Positions 1 through 12,012 of a stretch of 64,000 nt of DNA are shown here, piece after piece. Positions within the stretch are counted from its first letter, which is position 1. The number at the start of each line of letters is the position of its first letter. A model generated the notes under the pieces. It did no database searches. It was not told the origin of the DNA and saw nothing but the letters and a program-made list of their open reading frames with translations. The position numbers were made by a program, and so were the translations under genes. The DNA is from Macrostomum lignano (lineage: Eukaryota): contig NIVC01000163.1 of the NCBI GenBank assembly GCA_002269645.1, forward strand, positions 529,136-593,135, read 5' to 3'.

Positions 1-1245
1 GAATGCAGGGAAGGAGAATGCAGGGAGGATACAGGGAGGAGCGTGCAGGGAGGAGAATGCAGGGGGAGAGTGCGGGGGAGGGTGCAGGGGGAGAGTGCAG
101 GGGAGGGTGCGGGGAGGGTGCAGGGGGAGGGTGCAGGGGGAGAGTGCAGGGGGAGGGTGCGGGGGAGGGTGCAGGGGGAGGGTGCAGGGGAGAGTGCAGG
201 GAGGAGAGTGCGGGGGAGGGTGCAGGGAGGAGAGTGCAGGGGGAAAGTGCAGGGGGAGAGTGCGGGGGAGGGTGCAGGGGGAGAGTGCAGGGAGGAGAGT
301 GCAGGGGAGAGTGCAGGGGGAGAGTGCGGGGGGAGGGTGCGGGGGAGGGTGCAGGGGGAGGGTGCAGGGGGAGAGTGCAGGGAGGAGAGTGCGGGGGAGG
401 GTGCAGGGAGGAGAGTGCAGGGGGAGAGTGCGGGGAGGGTGCAGGGGGAGAGTGCAGGGAGGAGAGTGCAGGGGAGAGTGCGGGAGGAGAGTGCGGGGGG
501 AGAGTGCAGGGGGAGAGTGCAGGGGGAGGGTGCGGGGGAGGGTGCAGGGAGGAGAGTGCAGGGGGAGAGTGCAGGGAGGAGAGTGCAGGGGAAGAGTGCA
601 GGGGAGAGTGCAGGGGAAAATGCAGGGGGAGAGTGCAGGGGAGAGTGCAGGGAGGAGAGTGCAGGGGAGAGTGCAGGGGGAGAGTGCACGGGGAGAGTGC
701 AGGGGGAGAGTGCACGGGGAGAGTGCAGGGAGGAGAGTGCAGGGGAGAGTGCAGGGAGGAGAGTGCAGGGGAGAGTGCAGGGGGAGAGTGCACGGAGAGA
801 GTGCAGGGAGGAGAGTGCAGGGAGGAGAGTGCAGGGGAGAGTGCGGAAGGAGAGTGCAGGGGAGAGTGCAGGGGAGAGTGCAGGGGAGAGTGCAGGGGAG
901 AGTGCAGGGGAGAGTGCAGGGGAGAGTGCAGGAGAGAGTGCAGGGGAGAGTGCGGAAGGAGAGTGCGGGAGGAGAGTGCAGGGGAGAGTGCAGGGGAGAG
1001 TGCAGGGGAGAGTGCAGGGGAGAGTGCGGGGGAGAGTGCGGGAGGAGAGTGCAGGGTAGAGTGCAGGGGAGAGTGCAGGGGGAGAGTGCAGGAGGAGAGT
1101 GCAGGGGGGAGAGTGCAGGGGAGAGTGCAGGGGAGAGTGCAGGGGAGAGTGCAGGGGAGAGTGCAGGGGGAGCGTGCAGGGGAGAGTGCAGGGGGAGAGT
1201 GCCGGGGGAGCGTGCAGGGGAGAGTGCAGGGGGAGAGTGCCGGGA
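1..1245. repeat. G-rich 12-14 bp minisatellite (GCAGGGGAGAGT) in a channel intron
   Basis: Directly visible tandem array. It ends next to the donor (CTCAC at 1251-1255). Confidence 0.95.
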
Positions 1246-1255
1246 GGACACTCAC

Positions 1256-4059
1256 CAGCTGGTAGAGGCCCGCACTGATGGCCCAGATGGAGATGATTCT
1301 AATCAGCAGGGACACCAGTCTGATGTACTTCTCAGTGCGCAGGATGTTGCAATAGATCATGGAGTTCACCAAATACTTCAGACCATTGATTCTTGCGAAC
1401 TGGAACACTGAAGTGCAGTGGCGTGAATGAAGGTGGCTTATTCAATCGAAGCTGATTTGTGACCCAATTCATTTAGCAACTATGGAAAAACTCCAGTTCT
1501 GCAGTGATAGCCCGGGCTGCTTACCAATCATGTGCTTGTTGAGGGCATACATGATGACGGACGGGATCAGGGTGAGGTGGTCAGCCATGGTGTCCAAGGT
1601 CAGCCAGAATGCTTGCAGCGAATTGCTGGACAGAAGCTGGAATTGAAGTTTTTTGATAGTTTTCATTTGAATTTTTATTACCGATTGACTAAGGAGTCAT
1701 TACTAAGGAGAATCCCCTAGTTAGAGAGTCATGGGCAGGATAGTTAGTGAGTCAGGAGAGTCAGGAGAGTCAGGAGAGTCAGGAGAGTCAGGAGAGTCAG
1801 GAGAGTCAGTGAGTCAGGAGAGTCAGAAGAGTCAGGAGAGTCAGTGAGTCAGGAGAGTCAGGAGAGTCAGGAGAGTCAGTGAGTCAAGAGAGTCAGGAGA
1901 GTCAGGAGAGTCAGGAGAGTCAGAGAGTCAAGAGAGTCAGAGAGCTAGAGAGTCAGGAGCGGCGGAGTTAGTCAGCCAGAAAAGAATCAGATTCTGGAGA
2001 ACCACGAGAGTCAGAGTCAGAGATTCAAGTGAGTCAGGAAATCCAGCTCAGTGATCCGTGTCGATGGCTGTGCACATTAAGAATTCTATAAATCTGTACC
2101 AAGTGCCGATATGTAGCGAAAATAACTTAGCAAACGCAGTGTTTGCATAGGAATTCTAAAACTTGCACCAGTACGTACAAGCGAGTCGAAAGAAGAAGAA
2201 AATGCATCTCACCCTGATGATAAAAAATCCCAGATAGAACAAGTTAATCGCAAAGTCCACGTGCACAACAGGAAAATGCTTTGTAGAATGGCACACCAAC
2301 AAAGTGCGACTTTCCATTGGCCCGGTCTGGATGTCTGTGAACTGATAGGTCATCAGGATGTAGATGACGAAGGACGCGATGACGCAGAGGGAGTGAATCA
2401 CCAACTGAAATTTGTTAACGATAGAGAGCTGCTGATGTGTAAAAGCCTAAGAATCACTGCAATGATGGGGTCCTAGGCATAGGTTAGTGTTTAACGAGTC
2501 TTCCTGCTATTGGTCAGTTAAGCAACGCTGGTTTTGGTTAGTACGCAATTGATGGAAGCTGAAAAAATCAACAAGAATGGTGTCATAACCATCGATTAGC
2601 AGATACAAAGTGAATTAAGAGTCCTTACTAATGGGTCTTAGGCATGCAGTTTGGTCGTTAAAGAGTCCTTACTAATGGGTCTTAGGCATGCAGTTTGGTC
2701 GTTAAAGAGTCCTAACTAATGGGTCTTAGGCATGCAGTTTGGTCGTTAAAGAGTCCTTACTAATGGGTCTTAGGCATGCAGTTTGGTCGTTAAAGAGTCC
2801 TTACTAATGGGTCTCAGGAATGCAGTTTGGTCTATAAAGAGTCCTTACTAATGGGTCTTAGGCATGCAGTTTGGTCGTTAAAGAGTCCTTACTAATGGGT
2901 CTCAGGAATGCAGTTTGGTCTATAAAGAGTCCTTACTAATGGGTCTTAGGCATGCAGTTTGGTCGTTAATGAGTCCTTACTAATGGGTCGTAGAATTAGG
3001 TTAGAATAATGACATACGCATTTTGTAAAAAGCCAACTTCAATTTTTTATCTACTCTTCTGCTTTTTTGTCACCGCCTTGGAAAAAACTTGGCCGCAAGT
3101 TTTTTGTTAAACGCAAAAATTTAATGGTTGCAAAAATGTTTTGATGGCATTTTCAGACAGTCCAAATCCTATGAATATTGATAAAAATAAATATTTTTCT
3201 TCGCTATCCCATCGTCTCTATCCCATCGTCTCTATCCCATCGTCTCTATCCCATCGTCTCTATCGCATCGTCTCTATCGCATCGTCTCTATCCCATCGTC
3301 TCTATCCCATCGTCTCTATCCCATCGTCTCTATCCCATCGTCTCTATCGCATCGTCTCTATCCCATCATCTCTATCCCATCGTCTCTATCCCATCGTCTC
3401 TATCCCATCATCTCTATCCCATCGTCTCTATCCCATCGTCTCTATCCCATCCTCTCTATCCCATCGTCTCTATCCCATCGTCTCTATCCCATCATCTCTA
3501 TCCCATCGTCTCTATCCCATCGTCTCTATCCCATCCTCTCTATCCCATCCTCTCCATCCTATCCTCTTTACCGCATTCACTGTACCCTATTCCTCTCTCA
3601 AAGACTCTCTCTTTTGTGTTTCCCTACCCATTGTGTTTATCTTCCCATCAGTGCATACCTGTAACACCCCCCATCTTCGCACAAAATATCTTGATCCTAA
3701 TAAAAGTTTAAAATAGAAAAAAATCTACATGTACTTACCATAAATTTCCCCAGATTGTTGGCTCCCTTCATCAGCGCCATGCTGTACAGGTGAACCCTGG
3801 TGACAATGCCAGCCTGACTACCCAGCCTGTGAGGCTGTCCGCTTAATTCGTCTTCATCTTGGTCAGTTTCCGAACTGTCCTCAGGATGCTTACTCCTCCG
3901 ACAGACGACCCGCCCGACGCTGATGAGTATGAGCATGCAGACATAGACTCCGAAACTGCAGCCCAGGAAGATGTACCATTCGGTAGATCTGCAATAGTCA
4001 TACTTACTGGCTGGCGTAGTCACAGAGTCCATGCTGCCATTTCCTGCTGTAGCAGCCAT
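1256..4059 (-). CDS. slo: Slo/BK-family (KCNMA1-like) potassium channel, 5' part (S0-S5); gene continues beyond the left edge of the window
   Basis: Exons 4059-3739, 2404-2213, 1636-1525 and 1407-1256 join in phase at GT-AG sites. The ATG at 4059 follows an in-frame stop. The peptide aligns with BK: S0 EWYIFLGCSFGVYVCMLILI, GANNLGKFMLVIH, S2 VDFAINLFYLGFFIIR, S3 FWLTLDTMADHLTLIP, and NILRTEKYIRLVSLL..IWAISAGLYQL (BK: NILKTSNSIKLVNLL..TWLTAAGFIHL). Confidence 0.88.
1745..1950. repeat. (AGTCAGGAG)n intronic microsatellite
   Basis: Visible tandem 9-10 bp units. Confidence 0.9.
2617..2988. repeat. 44-bp minisatellite, about 8 copies, intronic
   Basis: Unit AAGAGTCCTTACTAATGGGTCTTAGGCATGCAGTTTGGTCGTTA; copies start at 2617, 2661 and so on. 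Confidence 0.95.
3205..3560. repeat. 14-bp minisatellite (TATCCCATCGTCTC), intronic
   Basis: Visible array; explains ORFs 3141 and 3178. Confidence 0.95.
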
Positions 4060-5080
4060 GTCGGGCACAGCTCTGCCCGAGTCCAACTTGTGATGGTAGT
4101 TCTTATCCAGCGCGACCCCTGCGTTTCTGCTTCTGCTTCTGTTTCTGCTGACGCCTGTGCTTTGGGCGCTTTCCTAAAAGAGAACGGGCAGTCCGCAGTC
4201 AGTCGTTTCGTTGCAAGCAAAGTGCTGCTTTATTTTTTTCTCTCTCTCTCTCTCTCGCGTCTTGTCTGCCTCTCTTCTCTTCTCTGTGTTTATTTGTCCA
4301 AGTTAAGCAGACAATACGTCTTGTTGGAGGGGTGGGGTCTGAGAGCCTTTGGCACTGCGGTGGCTGCTGCTGCATTTCTCTGAGTTTGAGTAAGGTAGAA
4401 AGCTGAGAAGAGGCGGGGTAAGTGGAGGTGAGCGCTTTCTCTCGTGCTTGCGCGCAACAAACCTGCACGAACGCATCTCAAGAAATGCAAGAGATGCCCA
4501 AGGATGTTTTACGAATAGCAGCTGGACTGGACACTGCTAATACAACAATTAATATCAGATTGAATCTAATCCAAGTAACATTAAGTTAATAGTCCTTGGT
4601 CTCGAGAGGATTATTAAAATACAAGGTAACTCTATATAGCCAAGGCTAGATACTAAAAATGCCACATCGAGGGCACATTTTGTGCAATTCAAAACATGGA
4701 ACAGCCTTGCTAAACATACAACTCTGTTGTTTTTGTCGCGCTAATATGCCAATCTACTTCTAATGCTTACCTAATTCCAATTTTGCAGACGCTTCAGGTG
4801 ATTAGGCTGGAGCCCTGGCCGATTAAATAATTGGTCATGCCAAGGAGGCCAAAGCCCCCCCCCCCAGTTATACTTGGTCTCATTTTAAAGCTGAACAAAC
4901 TCTTCATGTTTGACTAAAAAAGTCTGAGCAGTAGAACAAGAGCCCCTGCACTCACGACTAAAGTTAAGTTTTTTAAACAAGAAAATTTCAACTTATAAAC
5001 TGGACCAGTCAACTTTATAGAGAGCCGAGTCAGCCACAATCTGAAAAAATAAGACAGAATAAAAGAACTTCTCTAGAGAG

Positions 5081-5735
5081 ACGACTCTGTCTCTAGAGAG
5101 CTGAGTCAACAAGTCTCTAGAGAGACGACTCAGTGTCTCTAGAGATATGAGTCAACGAGTCTCTAGAGAGCTGAGTCAACAAGTCTCTAGACTTAGAGAG
5201 ATGAGTCAGCAATTCTCTAGAGAGCTGAGTCAATAAGTCTCTAAAAAAGCGAGTAAACTTCTCTGGAGAGATAAGAAAGACTAGAAGGCCATCTTATGCG
5301 TAAACTTTGGTTCGAGAAAAAGTCGCCACTCAAGATCTACGTTCTGGGCCTCCTTGGCCAAGATCGCAGAAAATTAACTCGAACCTTCCTGCAATTAAGT
5401 AATTACACGACTCTGTCTCTAGAGAGCTGAGTCAACAAGTCTCTAGAGAGACGACTCAGTGTCTCTAGAGATATGAGTCAACGAGTCTCTAGAGAGCTGA
5501 GTCAACAAGTCTCTAGACTTAGAGAGATGAGTCAGCAATTCTCTAGAGAGCTGAGTCAATAAGTCTCTAAAAAAGCGAGTAAACTTCTCTGGAGAGATAA
5601 GAAAGACTAGAAGGCCATCTTATGCGTAAACTTTGGTTCGAGAAAAAGTCGCCACTCAAGATCTACGTTCTGGGCCTCCTTGGCCAAGATCGCAGAAAAT
5701 TAACTCGAACCTTCCTGCAATTAAGTAATTACACG
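5081..5735. repeat. Tandem duplication of a 326-bp unit rich in CTCTAGAGAG
   Basis: ACGACTCTGTCTCTAGAGAG starts at 5081 and 5407; both copies end in TTAAGTAATTACACG. Confidence 0.9.
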
Positions 5736-5902
5736 GCACCCTGTCGGCATTGTTTTATGGCGAATAAATTTGCAATTGCGAGGTTGAAGAGCACGCGAAA
5801 GTCCAATTATTTAGACATAAAGCCTTTCATCCGACATTACTTTTACTCAAATGCTGTCCGTCCATGGCTTTTATATAAAGTACATTTAGATTTGTATAGC
5901 TG

Positions 5903-6655
<753 letters not shown>

Positions 6656-6657
6656 TT

Positions 6658-6995
6658 ACAGGACGGACTCGATCACCGTCTGGAACAACGCCGCCCTCTG
6701 GCGGTGAGGCAGGGCCTCGGACTGCAGGACAGCCCTCACGGAACGAAAGGCCGCCCTGGCAAGTCCGCGGCGACGTCACTAGTCCTCGTGAACGTCAGGC
6801 ACCAGAACGCCGAGGTAGACAAACTGCTGACAACACGAAAGCCTCGTCACCTGCTTGTCAGCGTCCCGGCAGAAAATTGCAGCCTCGATGTCGTCCGCCA
6901 CGCAGAACACGACAGTCTTCTGCGTGTTGACCACCGGCCGACACTCGCCGCAACGCCTAACAGCCGATCCAGCTGGCGCTGGGCGCCCTCGACGG
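6658..6995 (-). mobile_element. Decayed RTE-like non-LTR retrotransposon fragment (end of RT plus downstream region)
   Basis: Minus strand reads VEGAQRQLDRLLGVAASVG/VVNTQKTVVFCV..QQFVYLGVLVP..RRRGLARAAFRSVRAVLQSEAL..RAALFQTVIESV, with a frameshift and stops. This is a typical LINE RT C-terminal pattern (NxxKT, FxYLG). Confidence 0.8.
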
Positions 6996-6999
6996 CTTC

Positions 7000-9900
7000 A
7001 GGGGGCATCGTCCGGCGGATGCAGCGAGGAGGCGGAGGATACCGCCCATTCCGCTAGCCCCTGGCGACCAAAGACTTCCATCGAAGTGATGTCGCTCAGG
7101 GGGACCCGTAGGTCTCGCCTGCAGCGCTTTTTCCTCCTCAACGGCGTTGGGGAAGAACTCAGCTCGTCACGTGTCCCTGAGGTACCGGGCCAGCAGCAGG
7201 ATGCTCTCGGGCCTATACAAATGTCGGAGAGATCCGAGTTTGGCCCAAGGTGAGTGAGCCTGGCCCTGGTGAAAACGGGCAGTGGCAGATAAAGTGCTCG
7301 GCGTTCTCACTGCCTGAGGGGCAGAAGGGGCACCGCTCCTCGGGTACTTGGCCCTGAAGGAAGCGGTGGCGAGAGAAGCAGCCATGCCCGGAGAGGGCCA
7401 TGCTAACTGAGGTCTCTGAGGTGTCTGCGGTTGAGCCTGAGGAGGGCTCTACGCAGGAGAGGAGAGGGGCAGGGGACGGCCGCACGGGATTGCCTACAAT
7501 TCCGGGTGTCGTGCCACCTGCGGAGATGCTCGGAGTCAGTCCAGCGCTTAACGCGGGAGTTGATCACCGAGGCGGGGATGGGGGCCCCTGGGCCCGGCCC
7601 CAGCAGCGCCGGCGGAGCCAGCCTTAGTCAGCAGGTCAGCGCGCTCGTTGCCGAGGAAACCGGCGTGGCCCGGGATCCATCTGAGCTCCACCTGGTTGCC
7701 TAGCGCAAGCCTGTTGAGCTGGGTGTTGCAGTCCAGGACGGACCTGGAGCTGGTGGTGCTGCGGCAGAGGGCCCGAAGGGCTGCTTGGCTGTCATAGTGA
7801 AAAATAAATTTCCGACCGCTGAGCTGCCTTCGGCGCAGCTCTGCCGCGCAGGAGCTGATGGCAAGCACCTCGCTCTGAAAAACACTGGAGTTGAGTCCAG
7901 TGTGCTGGGAGTAGCTCCACACAACTTCTCCATTGAAGAAGACGCAAGCTCCGAAGCCAGAAAGACCATGCCTCATAGAGCCGTCAGTGTAACAGTGGAC
8001 TTCAGAATCGCTCCCGCTGTCTCTCGTGTGGAGGCTGAATAGTGACCTTATACCTCTGGCTCAGGATCTAGTCCGTGAGGATGTTGAGCCCACCACACTC
8101 CTCGAGAGCCTTAAGGCAAAGATCGGAGTGCGGGATAAGCGACCGCTTCTTAAAGACCCGCACTTTCTTGAAGGCCACCCCAGCATCTAGAAGACGCCGG
8201 GTGCTCTTCGCCGCCTCTCCTTTGATATAAATACCCGGAGGGGCACAGAGGAAGGCATTCATGCCTTCAAAAGGAGTAGAGGGTGGAGCGCCCATAGTCA
8301 TGCGGCAGGCTCTGCCCTGGATTTTGTAGAGAGCGTCGAGGTTGCTTATGACGCTCAGACGGCTGGCCCGCACGAGGCTGTCGTAACTGATCGAGGGGCG
8401 TAAGAATGGCAGTGTAAATCCACCCCAGCTTCCTGGGGGTGAGCCTCCAGGTGGTGCCCACGGCGTGTCTGACCTGAGCCAGGACAGTAAGAGCTTTTTT
8501 AGCTTTAGTTTGAAGTTGCGGAGTCCAGTTAAGCCTGTGGTCCAGAGTGAGGCCCAGGCAGCCGACCTGCTTCTCCATAGAAATGTCCTTTCCATAGAGG
8601 GTGAGCGGCTTAATGGTCCAGAGCAGTTTGTTGGTAGACATGACCGCTGTGGTTTTCTACTCTGAGAGCCTGAGGCCACATTGGTTTGCCCAACGCTCCG
8701 CTCGTCCCAGAAAGCCCTGCAGGAGATCTCTTGATGGTGTCGACTGAGGGGTCCGCGCTTATTGCGGTCACATCATCGGCATAGCCCGCCTTGAGAATAG
8801 GGTCATGGAGATCACTGCATAGCAACTCATCCATGCCCATGTTCTAGAGAAGGGGGGTGAGAACTCCGCCCTGGGGCCCCCTTTCTGAACAGGCGCCGTA
8901 AGAGAGCTGCCGTTCAGGTGGGCCACGACAGTGCGGTTCTGGATCATGAACATGATCCACAGGACAAGGTGAAGGTGGGTGGCCCTGGATTCCAGGGCTC
9001 TGCAAAAGGCCTCGAAGATGACGTTGGCGAAAGCCCCCTCAATGTTCAGGAAAAGCGAGAGGGCAAAGCCGTTGCCAAGAACGGCCCTCTCCAGGAAGTC
9101 GACGATGACATGAAGGTCCACTGAAGGTCCATGCAAGTCCACTCTCAGTAGACCTGCCCGCGCGGAAGGCGTGCTGGTTCTGAGAGTGGGAAGCGCTTCA
9201 GCTCGACCGAGAGCAGGCGCCAAAGCACCAAACTTTCGAGTAGCTTAAGGCAGAAGGAAGTGAGGCTGATAGGCCTGAAGGCCTTCACCGATTGGAAGTC
9301 GCTCTTCCCAGGCTTGGGGATAAAGACCACCCGGGCCCGAACTGGCGGGACGCGGTGTAGTCAATGAGGTTGTCTATCGCGTCGCAGACCACTTGAGCAT
9401 CGCCCGGGAAGTAAGCGGATGCTGCCAGCACAGGTTTATTGGGAAGGAGGTTATTGATTTGAACAACACAGATGTCCCCGGTCGAGAGATCAGGTCTCAT
9501 ACATGCCTTAAAAGCATTTGCAGCAAAGATCAGAGATCTTGGGCGAGGCTGGGAGTCCGCCATGCAAAAGCAGTGATTAGCCAGATGGTACGTTATTTGG
9601 CTTACCTTTAGTCAACCAGGGCTCCTGCACGAAGACTAGGCCCGAGAGCTGTCGCACGCATCAGGTTGACGCGTCACGCAGTGCTGGATGTTGATCTGCA
9701 GACACCAGGTTGACGCTGGCATCACTGCACCTCGGCGCTCACCAGCTTCGGGTCGGGGTCACCGGTGTCCATGGGCTCTTCAGCAAAAGGCCCCGATCGG
9801 TAGGAAGGCAATAGGCAGCGTTCGCCGCCCTTCGCCCATCAGCTACGGGGGCCTTGGAGCAGCCAGCCACCTGGGCAGGCGGGTCCGTCTCAAGTCGGCC

Positions 9901-11034
9901 CTGCCCTGGGCGTCTCGGCGACCTCTCGCCTCAGCTTGCTGATTTTGGCGGTGCGGACCGCTTCAGTTGCGCTTCAGCTTCAGTCGGTCGCCTTCGCCCT
10001 CAGCAGTGCCGTTCTGCCGGGCGGGGCGCTCGCTTTGGCAGCCTGGGCAGAAGCTCCCGCCTCGGACCCGGCCGCCTCCACGTCCCGCCCGCCCTGCTTA
10101 CCGCCGTCGGCCTCGTAAAAGCGGATGCGTACATGCAAGTTGATGAAGCTGCCGTGCGGATAGCGCCTCATCCAGGCGTCCGACAGCCCCAGGATGGATG
10201 TGAAGCCGGTGCCGTCGTGCGCTTTAGGTTAGGGTGTCATTTACCACTAGACCCACGGTAGAGAGCTCTCGGTTGACTGCTAGCAGTCCTTTCCGGAGCT
10301 CGTCAGAAGAGGTAACGACGCTCTTGGCCGGAACCCAGATTCGAAGCCTCTTGGTCTGGGGGCACTCGTCCTCTCTGCAGAAGGCTAGGTTGAGGTCCCA
10401 GCTTTGCTCGGGCAGCAGCTCAAGGAGCCGCCGACCCGAGTCAGCATCACTGGGGCAAATAAGACGGCACGAGTCCCTCGTCGCATTCGAGTGAATGTTC
10501 AGAGGCGTGCCCTTCAGAGTGAGCTTCCACAAGAGGCCATCAACAGTGCGGCTCACCTGCTTCAGCTGGTCGGGAGACAGGCATACGTCCTTTCCCAGGA
10601 TGACAACCACCAGTTGCCTCTGCCGACTCAGCGTAGGAGGCCCGGGGTTCGGTGGAGTCTTCATTAGGTGGGTTGGCTGTCCACCCTCCCGCCTGCATCA
10701 GCTTCCCTATCCTGGGCAGGGACTTCAGTAGGCTCAGGGCCCTCTTCCGCCGCCGCCCCCGATTGGGAAGCTTTCACTGCTGCGGGCTGTTGGCCCCTGG
10801 CGCCGGTTAGGCTTCTGCCCTCCTTGGCCCGCCTCGCCTTGTTAAGCCGACGACGGGCAGCTCCAGAGGTGGTGCTCAGCTGCTGGGCAGCTGAAGTGGC
10901 AGGTGTCTTCTCGGAGGCACTGCGCTCAGATTTTGCTCCACGGGTCTCGCCGTGGCGTCCCCGATGGTTGCGGATGGTCGCGGAGGCGCTGTGTCATCCA
11001 CAGCCGGCAAGTTTCTTCGGCTAGAAGCTGTCAT
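7000..11034 (-). mobile_element. Decayed LINE with ORF1 and ORF2 (APE endonuclease, RT, RNase H, CCHC), LOA/Lian/R1-group-like, internally deleted
   Basis: ORF2 starts near 9722 (MPASTWCLQINIQHC..VQEPW..SAYFP). It has RT motifs VFIPKPGK..FRPISLTSF, FLNIEGAF and GYADDV, RNase H motifs SVFQSEVLAI..DSQAAL..WIPGHAGFLGNERAD (7548-7976), and a C-terminal GHGCF..HRF..CPFC..ENAEHFICHCP. An ORF1-like piece lies at 10224-10664. Many frameshifts. Confidence 0.9.
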
Positions 11035-11131
11035 GTCGTACATAAAAGAAGATTCATGCAACCCATAAAAGAAGCGTCATGTCAGACATAAAGAAGTGTG
11101 CATGCAAAAAATAAAATAAGCGTCATATAAA

Positions 11132-12012
11132 TGTAGTAGGTGTTTTGTTCTATCCTTTTATAATCGCACCATTGCCACCGGGTAAACTTCTACTCTATTG
11201 AAATGACCTAACTACTTCTCATGTATTCTGGTAGCGTTTCTAATGTATTCTGGTAGCGTTTCTAATGTATTCTGGTAGCGTTTCTAATGTATTCTGGTAG
11301 CGTTTCTAATGTATTCTGGTAGCGTTTCTAATGTATTCTGGTAGCGTTTCTAATGTATTCTGGTAGCGTTTCTAATGTATTCTGGTAGCGTTTCTAATGT
11401 ATTCTGGTAGCGTTTTTAATGTATTCTGGTAGCGTTTCTAATGTATTCTGGTAGCGTTTCTAATGTATTCTGAGCGTTTCTGATGTATTCTGAGCGTTTC
11501 TGAGTTCTGATGTATTCTGGCAGTATTTCTGACGTATCCTGGTAGCGTTTCTGATGTATTCTAGCCCGAGCGGTTTTACTGGTAACATGTACTATTTCCA
11601 GTTCTGGGCGTTACTGAGATCAGAGGGTTCACAAAGTCACTCTTACGATTTGCTTGTATAATTTCCCAATTACCTTTATTAGTAAGATTCTTGGTAGCAC
11701 TTTCGATTTTATTCGATTCAAAGTAAAAAAACTCGTAAAGATTTAAATATTTCTAAGCAAGGCTTATCAACGAAAATGAGAGTGCGTGCGAGAGAGTGGC
11801 CGGCTCAGTCGGTTCGCGTCTGGTGTATTTGCGGCAAAAATTCACTTGTATATATAGGGTTTTGATGGGCAGAATTAAAACAAAAAAGAATAACCGATAA
11901 TGTATCGTGCAGTAAGGCAAACTTTTTAAATGCTTTTTCGGTTTCCGCGCAGTTTTAACTTGTCAAGAAATAACTACTTACGCGTGTAAAAGTACCCTAG
12001 CCTACTATTACA
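11132..12012. mobile_element. Probable solo LTR (881 bp) inserted in a minisatellite
   Basis: Termini TGTAGTAGG...CCTACTATTACA (TG..CA, imperfect inverted), with TAAA on both sides (11128-11131 and 12013-12016). Contains TATATATAG near 11847, a minus-strand AATAAA near 11677-11682 and an internal 22-bp array. Confidence 0.65.
11218..11560. repeat. 22-bp minisatellite (AATGTATTCTGGTAGCGTTTCT) inside the putative LTR
   Basis: Visible array that degenerates rightwards. Confidence 0.95.

Noticed and set aside
3-1411. Three long Gly/Arg/Glu-rich ORFs
   Set aside because: They are translations of the G-rich minisatellite; the real exon here is on the minus strand.
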